Part shown: positions 17,635 through 28,231 of the stretch, piece by piece
Layout of the letters: each line of letters starts with the position of its first letter
Position numbering within the stretch: the first letter of the stretch is position 1
Assembly (NCBI GenBank): GCA_977020255.1
Contig: CDROCS010000546.1
Location: 1 to 64,000 of the forward strand
Direction of reading: 5' to 3'
Length of the DNA: 64,000 nucleotides
From: Obrimoposthia wandeli
Lineage: Eukaryota
Program-made: the position numbers and the translations under genes
The notes under the pieces: model-generated
The model's input: the letters and a program-made list of their open reading frames with translations, nothing else
Databases searched by the model: none
What the model was told of the DNA's origin: nothing

Positions 17635-18486
17635 CTACTTAAATTTGGCCACCATATCTTTGATACCAGGGATCGTATGTACTTGATACTCGTGATGCGG
17701 ATCCCAGTATTGACGCAGCGATTTGGATTTCTCGCCCACGATAATAGTGAAGTAATACATTTCATAACCCGGGGCTGCAACGCTGGGGTGGTACCCTTTA
17801 TCAATGGCAATGACACTACCCGTTTTGACATGATATGCAGGGCCGCAGTCATCTTCATTTTCATAGAGAAACTGTGCCCCAAACCCCTTCCCTGGATTGA
17901 AACGAAATTGATATACCTCTTCGAAGCGTGTCTCCATCGGTGGCCGCTCTATATCATGTTTATGTGAGGGAAAACCTGACCACCCGCCGGCCCCTACTGT
18001 AAAGAGTTCACTCACCAGCAAACGGCCACGCAAGTCTGCATTCTTTTGTCCGAGTATGTGTTTTATTTTACGGTGTGTTTTGGTGTCATCGCTGCCATAT
18101 TGCACAGTGTCTTCCAACGTATCGCCATCACTCACCATAAAGGGTGTCAGCTGTTTATCGTAGCGACCGCCGGCGATAAATATATCTGCCTGTTCACTCG
18201 TACAATGAATAACCGCCTCTCTCGCTAAAGGAATATAAACTGAGGCCGGATCCCCGCTCCAAACATCTTTACGACGCCCTATATTAGTAAAAGACTCACC
18301 GGCAACTTCAATATCACAACGACCACCCGCTAACACCACTATTGACTCGTAATTATCTAGACAATAACGATAGCTCTCTCCAAGCTTTAAATGAACGTTG
18401 TTGAAATAACACAGCGGCGTCGTGTCATCATTTACATCGATAATCGCTTGGTTCTGATTGTCATATGGAGCGATATGCTTCCCCAT
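17635..18486 (-). CDS. iolB: 5-deoxy-glucuronate isomerase
   Basis: SELFTVGAGGWSGFPSHKHD, EEVY.FRF and GYHP motifs. Confidence 0.88.
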   Translation of the reverse strand: MGKHIAPYDNQNQAIIDVNDDTTPLCYFNNVHLKLGESYRYCLDNYESIVVLAGGRCDIEVAGESFTNIGRRKDVWSGDPASVYIPLAREAVIHCTSEQADIFIAGGRYDKQLTPFMVSDGDTLEDTVQYGSDDTKTHRKIKHILGQKNADLRGRLLVSELFTVGAGGWSGFPSHKHDIERPPMETRFEEVYQFRFNPGKGFGAQFLYENEDDCGPAYHVKTGSVIAIDKGYHPSVAAPGYEMYYFTIIVGEKSKSLRQYWDPHHEYQVHTIPGIKDMVAKFK

Positions 18487-18488
18487 GA

Positions 18489-19496
18489 TTAGTCTCCTGT
18501 TGTTATTTTATAGTTGTGTTGCGCCATAAACTCGATCAGCTGTCCTAAGTTAGGTAACGCTTGGGTACAGCTAGTACCTGCGACATTGATCGCTGCACTT
18601 GCAGCGCCCATAGCCACCGCATCTTCAAGAGAATAGGCATGCGTTAAGGCGTAAAGTAACGTACCTGCGAATGCATCACCGGCACCAAAAGGCTTCAGTG
18701 CTTGTACGTTGAATACCGGGCCTGCGAACGCCTCACCAATGGCCGGGTACACGTTGGATCCATCCTCTCCAGCTTTAATAATCACCAGCGAACAGCCCTG
18801 CTTCAAAAGTGCCTTCGCCCTCTTTTCATCTGTGCCAACTGCGTCTAAATCGATCACTTCAAGAATGTCAAATTCTTCCGTGTTGCCAATGACAACGTCA
18901 CAAAGTGCTACCGCCAATTGATAGTACAGTGAGGCAGTTTCAACATCTGGCCAAGAATATGCACGATAATCCATGTCTAGTACGACAAGCGTATTCACAC
19001 TGCGTGCACGTTTCATCGCTAGTAAAGTCGCCTCTCTTGATGGGCTTGCACACAGTGCTGTGCCTGAAATAAGCAGCATTTTTGCCTTGGCAATATAGTG
19101 AGTATCTATCTGCTGTACCCGCAGCGCTAAGTCTGCGGCACTGTTGCGGTAAAGTACGACTTCAGGCTGTTCTGGCTGCATTTGAGTGATTGCCAAACTC
19201 GTGCGCGTACCACTGCTATCGACCTGCATTCCATCGAGATTAACCCCTTGTTGGCGTAAATAATCACAGACGTAATCACCTAAACCATCTGCCGATACAC
19301 AGCCAATAAACCCGGCCTTACCACCAAGTTTTGCCACTGCCGTTGCAATATTGGCGGGTGAGCCGCCGACGTATTTATCAAAACCGCTAACCTCTCCCAA
19401 AGAGGTATGCGATTGTTGCGCGTATAGATCAACACCTGCTCGCCCCAGACAGATAACATCTAATTCACGGTTTTTCTCGAACGTTAACATCGCCAT
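18489..19496 (-). CDS. iolC: 5-dehydro-2-deoxygluconokinase (PfkB family), stand-alone
   Basis: LGRAGVDLY, GGSPANIA, DMDYR and GAGDAF motifs. 335 aa with no C-terminal aldolase domain. Confidence 0.88.
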   Translation of the reverse strand: MAMLTFEKNRELDVICLGRAGVDLYAQQSHTSLGEVSGFDKYVGGSPANIATAVAKLGGKAGFIGCVSADGLGDYVCDYLRQQGVNLDGMQVDSSGTRTSLAITQMQPEQPEVVLYRNSAADLALRVQQIDTHYIAKAKMLLISGTALCASPSREATLLAMKRARSVNTLVVLDMDYRAYSWPDVETASLYYQLAVALCDVVIGNTEEFDILEVIDLDAVGTDEKRAKALLKQGCSLVIIKAGEDGSNVYPAIGEAFAGPVFNVQALKPFGAGDAFAGTLLYALTHAYSLEDAVAMGAASAAINVAGTSCTQALPNLGQLIEFMAQHNYKITTGD

Positions 19497-19639
19497 CAGA
19501 TAACCTCCTTCACTGATTCATCAACACGATTCATTCCAGCCGATTGAATAGGTTGCGGTTTCGTATAGAGATCAACGCCAAGGCGCCCCAGACAGATAAC
19601 ATCCAATTCACGGTTTTTCTCTAACGCCAGCGGACTCAT
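19496..19639 (-). pseudogene. 47-codon relic duplicating the N-terminus of iolC
   Basis: MSPLALEKNRELDVICLGRLGVDLY versus IolC MAMLTFEKNRELDVICLGRAGVDLY. TGATG overlaps at both ends. Confidence 0.8.
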
Positions 19640-20826
19640 CAGAAAGAGACCCAGGCTGAATCATTATCTGCCGACTCAACACAACACTCCAACAGGCGAA
19701 CACCTTCTATGCCGTCATCAATATCGGGGAACCAGATCTTAGCCAATGCCTGTTTGTCATCGCGATCCATGGCATCCATCGCTAAGGCATAGCGATGATA
19801 CAAGTTAGCCCAAGATTCAAAAAAGCCCTCTGGATGGCCACCGCCAATACGATTGCAACTCACTGCATCATCATCAGCCATATAACCCATTCCGCGCTCA
19901 AGTGTTTGCGCCGGCTGTCCTTGCATCTCTAGCAGTAACTGGTTGGGCCTTTCATCCCACCATTCAATGCTGCCTTTTTCACCGACAACGCGGACAATTT
20001 GACGATGCATTGAACCGGCATTAACTGAACTTGCCCACAGAGTTCCCACCGCACCACTTTCAAATTTGAGCATGACATGCGCGTTATCTTCCAAGGGAGC
20101 ACGTGAGGCAACAAAGCTCTGGCGCATGCAACTTAGCTTTTCTACTTTGAGGTCTGTCATCAAACTGGCGAGATAAAAGGTATGCGTTCCCAAATCACCG
20201 AGCACATAACTAGGCCCTGATATCTGTGGATTCATCCGCCATTTGGCACCTGGGCTGTGCTCTTCAATCGCAGTGTTATGAAAACCGTGTGCAAAGCTCA
20301 TATTAACGACCCGTACCGCTCCAATGTCACCGCGTGCAATCATCGCCCGTGCTTGATGAACTGTCTGGTAACCCGAGTAGCCATACATCACGGCAAATAC
20401 TTTACCCAACGCTTGCGCCTGGGCTTTTAGCTTTTCTGACTCGGCGACGGTAAAAGTCACTGGTTTCTCACATATCACATGTAAACCGGCTTCCAATGCG
20501 GCACTGCAAATAGCAAAATGCGTACCATTGGGTGTTGCCACTGACACCGCTTGAATACCATCTTCACGCTGACTTTCAGCGGAAAACATAGCTTGATAAT
20601 CACTGTAGCAGCGATCTGCAGCGACCCCTAAATTGGTAGCGAATTCTTGGTTGCGTGCTGGATCGAGATCAAAACAACCAGCCTCTAAACAAAATAAATT
20701 ATCTCTAGCTGCCGCTGCGCGATGGGCGTGACCAATTTCACTACCGCGACCACCCCCTACCATTGCCCAGCGAATTGGCTGTGCTAATCTTCTCTCTTCG
20801 TTAAACATTTTTAACCTCTTATGCAA
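19639..20826 (-). CDS. Gfo/Idh/MocA oxidoreductase
   Basis: RWAMVGGG.GS.IG..H, ICEKP, GDLGTH and GHPEGF motifs. Confidence 0.85.
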   Translation of the reverse strand: MHKRLKMFNEERRLAQPIRWAMVGGGRGSEIGHAHRAAAARDNLFCLEAGCFDLDPARNQEFATNLGVAADRCYSDYQAMFSAESQREDGIQAVSVATPNGTHFAICSAALEAGLHVICEKPVTFTVAESEKLKAQAQALGKVFAVMYGYSGYQTVHQARAMIARGDIGAVRVVNMSFAHGFHNTAIEEHSPGAKWRMNPQISGPSYVLGDLGTHTFYLASLMTDLKVEKLSCMRQSFVASRAPLEDNAHVMLKFESGAVGTLWASSVNAGSMHRQIVRVVGEKGSIEWWDERPNQLLLEMQGQPAQTLERGMGYMADDDAVSCNRIGGGHPEGFFESWANLYHRYALAMDAMDRDDKQALAKIWFPDIDDGIEGVRLLECCVESADNDSAWVSF

Positions 20827-20924
20827 ACCTTCACTCGTTACATCGTGTAAAGGTCTCTTATTATTAATTTCTGCTAAATTCTGCTCGACTGGGCGTGTAA
20901 AATTTTATTGTGTATGCGATAGAC

Positions 20925-22802
20925 TTACATGCCACGGCGTTGTTTTTTCCGGCCGATATCCCACTGTTCACGCGCGGCATTAACCTCTGGACGAGATGAC
21001 ACTTGCGGTAATCCCACTTCCCACCAGGCATCGACATTCGACCAGCGATAGGCATCTGTTTCTACCACTATCACGTAACTGACATCACTGGCTTTCGCCC
21101 TTGCCATCGCTTGTTCCATATCATTGGCATTATTAATTTTTTCAGCTCTGGCCCCCATACTCTGAGCGTGCTTTACAAAGTCGACCCGCGGTAACTCCCC
21201 ACTTTGGCGACGATGAGCACAATCTTGTAACAAGTTATTAAAGGACTGATTTCCGGTATTATTCTGTAATTTATTAATTACCGCATAGCCTGCGTTATCA
21301 CAGACCACCACTATCATTTTGTGACCGCTGAGTACCGAGCTGTAAATATCAGAGTTCATGATGAGATAAGAGCCATCACCTACCATCACAATGACTTCAC
21401 GCTCGGGCTCCGCTATTTTGGCGCCCCAGCCTCCCGCCAGCTCGTAGCCCATACAAGAGAAACCAAACTCGACATCAAAATTACCGCGACTACGTGCCAA
21501 CCAGTTCATATTTAGTTCTGCTGGCAATCCTCCGGCAGCCGTCAGAACTTTATCCTGCGGCGCCGCGCTGCGATTCACTGCGCCTATAATTTGCGCATAA
21601 GAGGAAAGCGGCGTGCCATCTAACGCGGTACGCTGAGCAACCTTATCCAACCATTGCTGACGCAGATTTCCTGCCGTACTTAACCAAGCTTTCCGCTCCT
21701 TTACCCTGGATTGAGACAACAACCCCGACAGCTGGTTTAAGGTGTCGCGAGCATCGGCAATAACCGCCAACGCGTTGTGTTTTATCGCATCAAAGCGCGC
21801 GGTATTGATCGTAACTAACTGCATATCAGGGTTTTCAAACAGCGACCAAGACCCCGTAACGAAATCCTGCAACCTAGTCCCTATCGCCAAAACAAAATCC
21901 GCCTGTTTTGCCAGCGCATTGGCACTGTCTGATCCCGTAGGCCCTATCGGTCCGCAATTGAGTGGCTCACTTGCTTCTAATAGTGTGCGCCCTGCTATCG
22001 TTTCGACCACGGGAATAGAAAACGTCTGAGCAAAATCAAGCAGCACTTGCTCTGCGCCACTGTAAAAAACACCGCCACCGGCAATAATTAATGGCTGCTC
22101 GGCGCGACTGATCGCCGCTACTAAACTCTGTAAATCACACTGTTCAGGCTGAGGTCTGCGAATTCTATGCACTTTGGGTTGGAAAAAACTAAGCGGATAG
22201 TCATAACAGGCCCCTTGAACATCTTGTGGCAAGCCGATAAATACAGGGCCGCAATCAGCCGGATCTAACATCGTGGCAATGGCTTGAGGTAAACTTTGCA
22301 TCAACTGTTCTGGACTAGTTATACGATCCCAATAACGGGTAACGGCTTTAAAAGCATCATTAACGGTGGTCGTTGGACTATTAAAATGCTCAACTTGCTG
22401 TAATACGGGGTCGGGTAATCGGCTGTTAAAGACATCCCCACTGAGTAGGAGTAAAGGCAGGCGGTTGGTATGCGCCACTCCCGCTGCTGTCACCATATTC
22501 GTGGCGCCGGGCCCTACTGATGAAGTTGCTATCGCAATTTTACGACGTCGATGTGCCTTGGCATAGGCGGTTGCAGCCAATGCCATTGATTGCTCATTTT
22601 GACCGCGCCAGGTCGGGATCACCGCTTGGCTCTGTGCCAATTCTTGGCCGAGACAGGTCACATTGCCGTGACCAAAAATAGCGAATGCGCTACCGAATAA
22701 CTGCTCTATTTCACCTTCATGCTCAAGCATTTGCACCGTTAGATACTTGATCAGCGCTTGCGCCACACTTAGACGAATACAATTTTTCTCAACCTCTGCC
22801 AT
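20925..22802 (-). CDS. iolD: THcHDO hydrolase (TPP-dependent)
   Basis: FAIFGHGNV, QNEQSMA, SVGPGATN, FGFSCMGYE and GDGSY motifs. Confidence 0.93.
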   Translation of the reverse strand: MAEVEKNCIRLSVAQALIKYLTVQMLEHEGEIEQLFGSAFAIFGHGNVTCLGQELAQSQAVIPTWRGQNEQSMALAATAYAKAHRRRKIAIATSSVGPGATNMVTAAGVAHTNRLPLLLLSGDVFNSRLPDPVLQQVEHFNSPTTTVNDAFKAVTRYWDRITSPEQLMQSLPQAIATMLDPADCGPVFIGLPQDVQGACYDYPLSFFQPKVHRIRRPQPEQCDLQSLVAAISRAEQPLIIAGGGVFYSGAEQVLLDFAQTFSIPVVETIAGRTLLEASEPLNCGPIGPTGSDSANALAKQADFVLAIGTRLQDFVTGSWSLFENPDMQLVTINTARFDAIKHNALAVIADARDTLNQLSGLLSQSRVKERKAWLSTAGNLRQQWLDKVAQRTALDGTPLSSYAQIIGAVNRSAAPQDKVLTAAGGLPAELNMNWLARSRGNFDVEFGFSCMGYELAGGWGAKIAEPEREVIVMVGDGSYLIMNSDIYSSVLSGHKMIVVVCDNAGYAVINKLQNNTGNQSFNNLLQDCAHRRQSGELPRVDFVKHAQSMGARAEKINNANDMEQAMARAKASDVSYVIVVETDAYRWSNVDAWWEVGLPQVSSRPEVNAAREQWDIGRKKQRRGM

Positions 22803-22857
22803 TTGACTACCCTAATTATTTTTCTTCAGTAAACGATAAAACATTTCTAACTATTTT

Positions 22858-22871
22858 TGCAAACGTTTTCA
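22858..22871. promoter_or_regulatory. LacI-type operator candidate 1 in the iolD/iolE divergent region
   Basis: TGCAAACGTTTTCA, a near-palindrome with central CG. Confidence 0.55.
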
Positions 22872-22950
22872 TTGCAATTCAGCTAATATCGCAATTTTTG
22901 CTCTAAAACCTAGTTTAATCTATTATTTAACAATAATACGATTGACTTTT

Positions 22951-22964
22951 TGAAAACGTTATCA
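22951..22964. promoter_or_regulatory. LacI-type operator candidate 2
   Basis: TGAAAACGTTATCA, a near-palindrome with central CG. Confidence 0.55.
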
Positions 22965-23013
22965 CAATAATGTGTTTGTTTTATAACCAATATCGATCTG
23001 GGAAAAATAATAA

Positions 23014-23904
23014 ATGAAGTTACAGCTTTCAAATGCACCCTGCTCTTGGGGTATCGAGTTTGCAGATGCAGAAAAGAACCTACCTTGGCAGCAAGTCCTC
23101 AACGAGATAAGCAGCGCTGGGTACAGCGCCACTGAGCTTGGTCCTCTCGGCTTTTTACCCACTGACATTTCACAGTTACGCGATGAGCTGGCTCAGCGCA
23201 AATTACAAGTCATTGCAGGCACTGCGTTTCAACACTTTCACGACAGAACGCAGCGCGATAAAATTTTGGACGTTACTCGGCAAAACTGTAAAACTTTACA
23301 AGCGCTAGGCGCAAAATACATGGTCGTGATCGATCATGTTGTCTCTCCGCGCACTGATCAAGCAGGCCAAGTAAATAGCGCGACTCGTTTGAATAGTAGC
23401 GACTGGAACGCCATGATGGAGACTATTCGTCAAACCAGCGACATCTGTTTAGCCCATGACATTCAACCGACGCTGCACCCCCATACGGGCTGTTATATCG
23501 AATATCGCGATGAGCTAGATAGAGCAATGGATGACCTGCCAGCAGAGTTAGTAAGTCTGTGTGTCGATACGGGGCACTGCTACTACGCCGGGATGAAAGC
23601 GGAAGACATCATCAGCCAATACGCGGACAGAATCGCCTATCTTCACTTTAAAGATATAGACGCCGTGGTGCACAACAAAGTCGTCAACCAAGGGATAGAT
23701 TTTTACCGCGCTATCAGCCAGGGCGTTTTTTGCCCACTGGGAAAAGGGGCCGTTAATTTTGAAGCAGTGCGCGCTGCCCTTGAACAGATCAACTATCAAG
23801 GCTGGGTAACCGTAGAGCAAGACATGGACCCTGCTATAGCAAACAACCCTCTGCAGAATGCGATCAATAGCCGCGAATTTATCGAGCGTCATATAATGCA
23901 ATAA
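23014..23904 (+). CDS. iolE: myo-inosose-2 dehydratase-like TIM-barrel enzyme
   Basis: NAPCSWG, TELGP, HPHTG, DTGH, HFKD and VEQD motifs. Confidence 0.82.
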   Translation: MKLQLSNAPCSWGIEFADAEKNLPWQQVLNEISSAGYSATELGPLGFLPTDISQLRDELAQRKLQVIAGTAFQHFHDRTQRDKILDVTRQNCKTLQALGAKYMVVIDHVVSPRTDQAGQVNSATRLNSSDWNAMMETIRQTSDICLAHDIQPTLHPHTGCYIEYRDELDRAMDDLPAELVSLCVDTGHCYYAGMKAEDIISQYADRIAYLHFKDIDAVVHNKVVNQGIDFYRAISQGVFCPLGKGAVNFEAVRAALEQINYQGWVTVEQDMDPAIANNPLQNAINSREFIERHIMQ

Positions 23905-24020
23905 CGGGTCTTTACTCACTTAACTGATGATAGTGATATAAGGGTAAATAAACGCCGCTTGCATAGGTTTTTGAATAGGCAGTGCAGCGGCCATCAATAA
24001 CAATAATCGACAGGTGATAC

Positions 24021-25145
24021 ATGACAATAACCACGGTTGACCAGAAAAATACAGCAAGCGATGACGACGAGCGCGTCCGCAAGGAATCCCTGATAGGTAA
24101 TCTACTGAGGCGCCCAGAACTTGGCTCTGTGTCGGGCGCACTCTTAGTTTTTCTCTTCTTTGCCATTGTCGCTGGTGACTCAGGAATGTTCAATGCGGAT
24201 GGTATTTTGAACTGGACCACCGTTTCTGCTCAGCTCGGGATTTTAGCAATAGGCGCCTGTTTACTGATGATCTCCGGCGAATTCGACCTATCCATTGGTT
24301 CTATGATTGGCTTTGCCGGAATGATGATGTCTATCCCCGCACTCTATTGGGGTTGGCCGGTGTGGACCTGTATTTTGTTCGCTTTTGCTGGCGCCATGTT
24401 TATCGGCTTTATCAACGGCTATATTGTCGTTCGCACTGGCTTACCCTCATTTATAGTCTCCCTTGCCTTCTTATTTATATTGCGAGGCTTAACTATCGCC
24501 CTGTCGATATTATTTACCAATAAGACCATCGTATCTGGTGTCTCAGAAGTGGCAGAAGGTGATTGGTTAGCGGCTGCCTTTGGTGGTCAAATTGGCACAT
24601 CCTTCTTCAATTGGTTAGCAAGTGTCGGCGGCATAGAGACCTACAGCGATGGCAGCCCTATTGTCACCGGTATTCCCATGGTCATTGTGTGGTGGTTACT
24701 CTTAGCGACAATTGCTTCATTCGTCTTATTACGCACCAAATTTGGCAACTGGATCTTTGCCTGCGGTGGCGACGCTAAAGCGGCCAAGAATGTTGGGGTA
24801 CCCACCGATCGCGTCAAAATTTCACTGTTTATGTTTACCGCATTTTGCGCCACGGTATTCGCCGCCTGCCAAGTATTTGAGTTTGGCTCTGCTGCTGCAG
24901 ATCGCGGCTTGCTCAAAGAATTTGAAGCAATTATTGCAGTGGTCATTGGCGGCGCACTGCTCACCGGTGGTTATGGTTCAGTGATCGGCGCGTGTTTTGG
25001 CGCGCTGATATTTGGCGTAGTACAAATGGGTATTTTCTTTACCGGGGCAGATTCGGATTGGTTTCGCGTCTTTCTCGGCATCATGTTACTCGCCGCTGTG
25101 CTATTCAATAATTTCATTCGCAAGCGTGTCACTGGCTCACGCTAG
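24021..25145 (+). CDS. Sugar (inositol) ABC transporter permease
   Basis: GEFDLSIGS and [13 protein letters not shown] motifs. Multiple TM helices. Confidence 0.9.
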   Translation: MTITTVDQKNTASDDDERVRKESLIGNLLRRPELGSVSGALLVFLFFAIVAGDSGMFNADGILNWTTVSAQLGILAIGACLLMISGEFDLSIGSMIGFAGMMMSIPALYWGWPVWTCILFAFAGAMFIGFINGYIVVRTGLPSFIVSLAFLFILRGLTIALSILFTNKTIVSGVSEVAEGDWLAAAFGGQIGTSFFNWLASVGGIETYSDGSPIVTGIPMVIVWWLLLATIASFVLLRTKFGNWIFACGGDAKAAKNVGVPTDRVKISLFMFTAFCATVFAACQVFEFGSAAADRGLLKEFEAIIAVVIGGALLTGGYGSVIGACFGALIFGVVQMGIFFTGADSDWFRVFLGIMLLAAVLFNNFIRKRVTGSR

Positions 25146-25167
25146 TCATCACTTAAGGAGTTATAAG

Positions 25168-25962
25168 ATGAGTGAATTTATTCTCGAATTAAAAAAAGTC
25201 AGCCGCTACTTCGGCTCGGTCATAGCCCTCAAAGACATCGACATGCAAGTAAAACTCGGCGAAGTCCACTGCTTACTCGGCGATAACGGCGCAGGTAAAT
25301 CTACCTTGATTAAGACCTTAGCTGGAGTGCACGCCCCCTCTGAGGGCGATTTCTTATTCAATGGTAAAACGGCAGTATTTAGCTCTCCCAAGGATGCACT
25401 TGATAGCGGTATTGCCACGGTTTACCAGGATTTGGCACTCGTCAATTTAATGAGTGTAACGCGCAATTTCTTTATGGGCCGAGAGATCACTAAAAAATGG
25501 GGTCCCTTTACCGTGTTTGACACCCAGCGAGCTAATCAAATAGCCCGTGATGGCCTCGCTGAGATGGGCATTGATGTCCGTGACCCGGAACACCCTATCG
25601 GCACAATGTCAGGCGGTGAACGTCAGTGCTTGGCAATAGCGCGCGCTATTCACTTCGGTGCCAAAGTACTTATTTTGGATGAGCCTACAGCGGCGCTTGG
25701 AGTCAAACAGTCAGCCAATGTACTCAAGGTCGTTGCCCGGGCTAGATCTCGTGGTTTGGCGGTTATTCTGATCACTCACAATGTGCATCACGCCTATCCC
25801 GTAGCCGATCGCTTTACCTTGCTAAACCGCGGTAAAAGTTTAGGCACTTGGCTTAAAGATGAGGTCAGTCGTGAAGAAATTCTCGAAATGATGGCCGGGG
25901 GACAAGAGTTAGAAAACTTAGAGGCTGAACTGGCAGAGTTCAGTCGCTTAGATCAAGCGTAA
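25168..25962 (+). CDS. Sugar ABC transporter ATP-binding protein
   Basis: [16 protein letters not shown] and ILDEPTA motifs. RBS aaggag before ATG 25168. Confidence 0.92.
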   Translation: MSEFILELKKVSRYFGSVIALKDIDMQVKLGEVHCLLGDNGAGKSTLIKTLAGVHAPSEGDFLFNGKTAVFSSPKDALDSGIATVYQDLALVNLMSVTRNFFMGREITKKWGPFTVFDTQRANQIARDGLAEMGIDVRDPEHPIGTMSGGERQCLAIARAIHFGAKVLILDEPTAALGVKQSANVLKVVARARSRGLAVILITHNVHHAYPVADRFTLLNRGKSLGTWLKDEVSREEILEMMAGGQELENLEAELAEFSRLDQA

Positions 25963-26010
25963 TTCTGTAAAAAAACACCACTATAACGATAAAAATCTGG
26001 AGATTTTACG

Positions 26011-26982
26011 ATGAAAAATAAATTTACCCAGCTGGTACGCAAAACAGCTACTCTGGGCCTTACCTGCAGTTTATTGGCACTGCCTCTTGCCCTTTCAAGC
26101 ACTGCACAAGCCGCCGGCGAGCGCTTTGTTTTAATTAGCCATGCCGATGATGCGGACTCTTGGTGGAATACCATCAAAACGGCGCTGCGCGAAGCGTCAG
26201 AACAATTGGATGTTACAACGGAGTATCGCAACCCTCCCACCGGCGACCTCGCCGATATGGCACGTATTGTCGAGCAAGTAGTTGCCTCTAACCCTGATGG
26301 TATCATTTTGCCGATTACCGATTTTGACGTACTCAGTGGCCCTATAGCCAAGGCGGTAAAAAAGGGCATCCCTGTCATCACTATTAACTCAGGCAGCCAT
26401 GAGCAGAGTGAAAAATGGGGCGCGCTATTACATGTAGGTCAACCTGAATACGCCGCGGGTCAAGGCGCGGGGAAACGCGCCAAAGCGGCCGGCATTAAAA
26501 GTTTTGTCTGTATCAATCACTACATAGAAAACCCCTCTTCAATTGAGCGCTGCCAAGGGTTTGCCGATGCCTTAGGTGTGCCCCTCAAAGGAAGCATGAT
26601 TGATGTCGGTAAAGATCCGACTGATATTGAAAAAAAGGTCCAAGCTTTCTTGCGTAGAAACCCCACCACAGAAGCGGTACTAACCTTAGGCCCAACCTCT
26701 GCTCATCCGACCCTGCGCGCTTTAGAAAAAAACCATAAAGCCGGTAATATCTACTTCGGTACTTTCGATTTGAGCAGTGAGATAGCCAAAGCAGTTAAAT
26801 CTGGGGTGATCAGTTTCGCCATTGATCAACAACCGTACCTGCAAGGTTACATGCCAGTCTCGATCTTGACTAACTATGTTCGCTACGGTGTTGTACCCGG
26901 CAACCATATAAACTCAGGCCCAGGCTTTGTCACTAAAGCAAACATCGCCCAGGTAGAAAAACTCGCGGGCGAATATCGTTAA
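26011..26982 (+). CDS. Sugar ABC transporter periplasmic binding protein
   Basis: Signal peptide ending AQA. Peripla_BP_4-like motifs (PVITINSG, FAIDQQPYLQGY). Confidence 0.9.
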   Translation: MKNKFTQLVRKTATLGLTCSLLALPLALSSTAQAAGERFVLISHADDADSWWNTIKTALREASEQLDVTTEYRNPPTGDLADMARIVEQVVASNPDGIILPITDFDVLSGPIAKAVKKGIPVITINSGSHEQSEKWGALLHVGQPEYAAGQGAGKRAKAAGIKSFVCINHYIENPSSIERCQGFADALGVPLKGSMIDVGKDPTDIEKKVQAFLRRNPTTEAVLTLGPTSAHPTLRALEKNHKAGNIYFGTFDLSSEIAKAVKSGVISFAIDQQPYLQGYMPVSILTNYVRYGVVPGNHINSGPGFVTKANIAQVEKLAGEYR

Positions 26983-27010
26983 GCGTTTGCTATCGGATTT
27001 TAATCCCTAC

Positions 27011-27038
27011 AGCGCACCACCTCATTAGGGGGTGCGCT
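27011..27038 (+). terminator. Hairpin after the ABC operon
   Basis: agcgcacc ... ggtgcgct inverted repeat. Confidence 0.5.
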
Positions 27039-27101
27039 AGTGCATTCATATTTGATATCCGCTATTCTTGCGGCGACCCTATTTCTATTAAGGCATGTAC
27101 C

Positions 27102-28130
27102 TTGGCTGCTCCGACAAAAATCAACAAAAAAACAAAGATAACCGTCGTTGAAGTTGCAGCCGCCGCTGGGGTTTCTGTCTCTGCGGTTTCTAGAGCTTTT
27201 TCCAATGGCAGTTGCTCCGCGGTAATGCGCGAGAAAGTGTTTGCCGCCGCCAAAGAACTCGATTACAAACCCAATCGCCTAGCGCGAGGGCTCAAAGCCA
27301 AATCTTCATTGATCGGCATCTTAGTGACTGATTTTGAGAACCCCGCTTATCTACCTATTCTTCAGCAATTTAGCGCTGAAATTCAACAGCGTAATTGTCA
27401 CAGCCTCTTAGTCAATGCCAGCGATAATCGCAGCATCACTGAAGCGCTAGATTTAGTGATGGAATACCATGTCGATGGTTTAATTGTCACCGCAACCTCG
27501 CTGCCTCAAGAGCTGGTAGATGCCTGTAACGAGCAAAATGTGCCGGTGGTCTGCTTTGCTCGAAACTCAATGAGTACCGGCGCCAGTGCCGTTTACTGTG
27601 ACAATATTAGCAACGGTAAAATGGCGGCAGATTTACTGCTAGAAGCCGGTTATCGCAAACCCGCATTTGTCAGTGGTCCTGTAGGAGCGATTACTTCACG
27701 TGAGAGGCAGCGCGGCTTTATCAATCGCCTGGTCGAGCGTGGCTGCGAAGACTGGCAAGTTGTTGAAGGTGGAAGCCATAGCTATGATGCAGGCTACCAA
27801 GCGACTTGTAAGTTATTAGAGATTTCAGATCGCCCGGACTCTATTTTCTTTACCGATGATATTATGGCCTGTGGCGGGATGGATGCCGCGCGATATCGTT
27901 TTAATCTCAGTGTGCCCGAGCAAATCGGCATTATCGGGGTCGATGATATTCAACTGGCCAGCAGCCCAGCCTACCAGTTAACAACCATCAAACAGCCTTT
28001 TCCAGAAATGGTCACTGCCAGTGTCGATACGCTATTTAGCCAAATAGATAAGCCGGAGACCGCTGCTCAACAAATAATTTTTCCCTGCGAACTCATTGTC
28101 CGCCGCTCGACCTCAAACATTATTACATAG
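27102..28130 (+). CDS. LacI-family transcriptional regulator (probable iol repressor)
   Basis: HTH VVEVAAAAGVSVSAVSRAF, then YKPNRLARGL and a periplasmic-binding-fold effector domain. Confidence 0.9.
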   Translation: MAAPTKINKKTKITVVEVAAAAGVSVSAVSRAFSNGSCSAVMREKVFAAAKELDYKPNRLARGLKAKSSLIGILVTDFENPAYLPILQQFSAEIQQRNCHSLLVNASDNRSITEALDLVMEYHVDGLIVTATSLPQELVDACNEQNVPVVCFARNSMSTGASAVYCDNISNGKMAADLLLEAGYRKPAFVSGPVGAITSRERQRGFINRLVERGCEDWQVVEGGSHSYDAGYQATCKLLEISDRPDSIFFTDDIMACGGMDAARYRFNLSVPEQIGIIGVDDIQLASSPAYQLTTIKQPFPEMVTASVDTLFSQIDKPETAAQQIIFPCELIVRRSTSNIIT

Positions 28131-28231
28131 CCACTTACTAGTGCTGTAACCATACCTGCGCACGCGTTTTATCCATTCCTAGAAGCATACCCTAAACAAA
28201 GCCCCCAACAGCTAAAGCACCCTCTAGAGCA

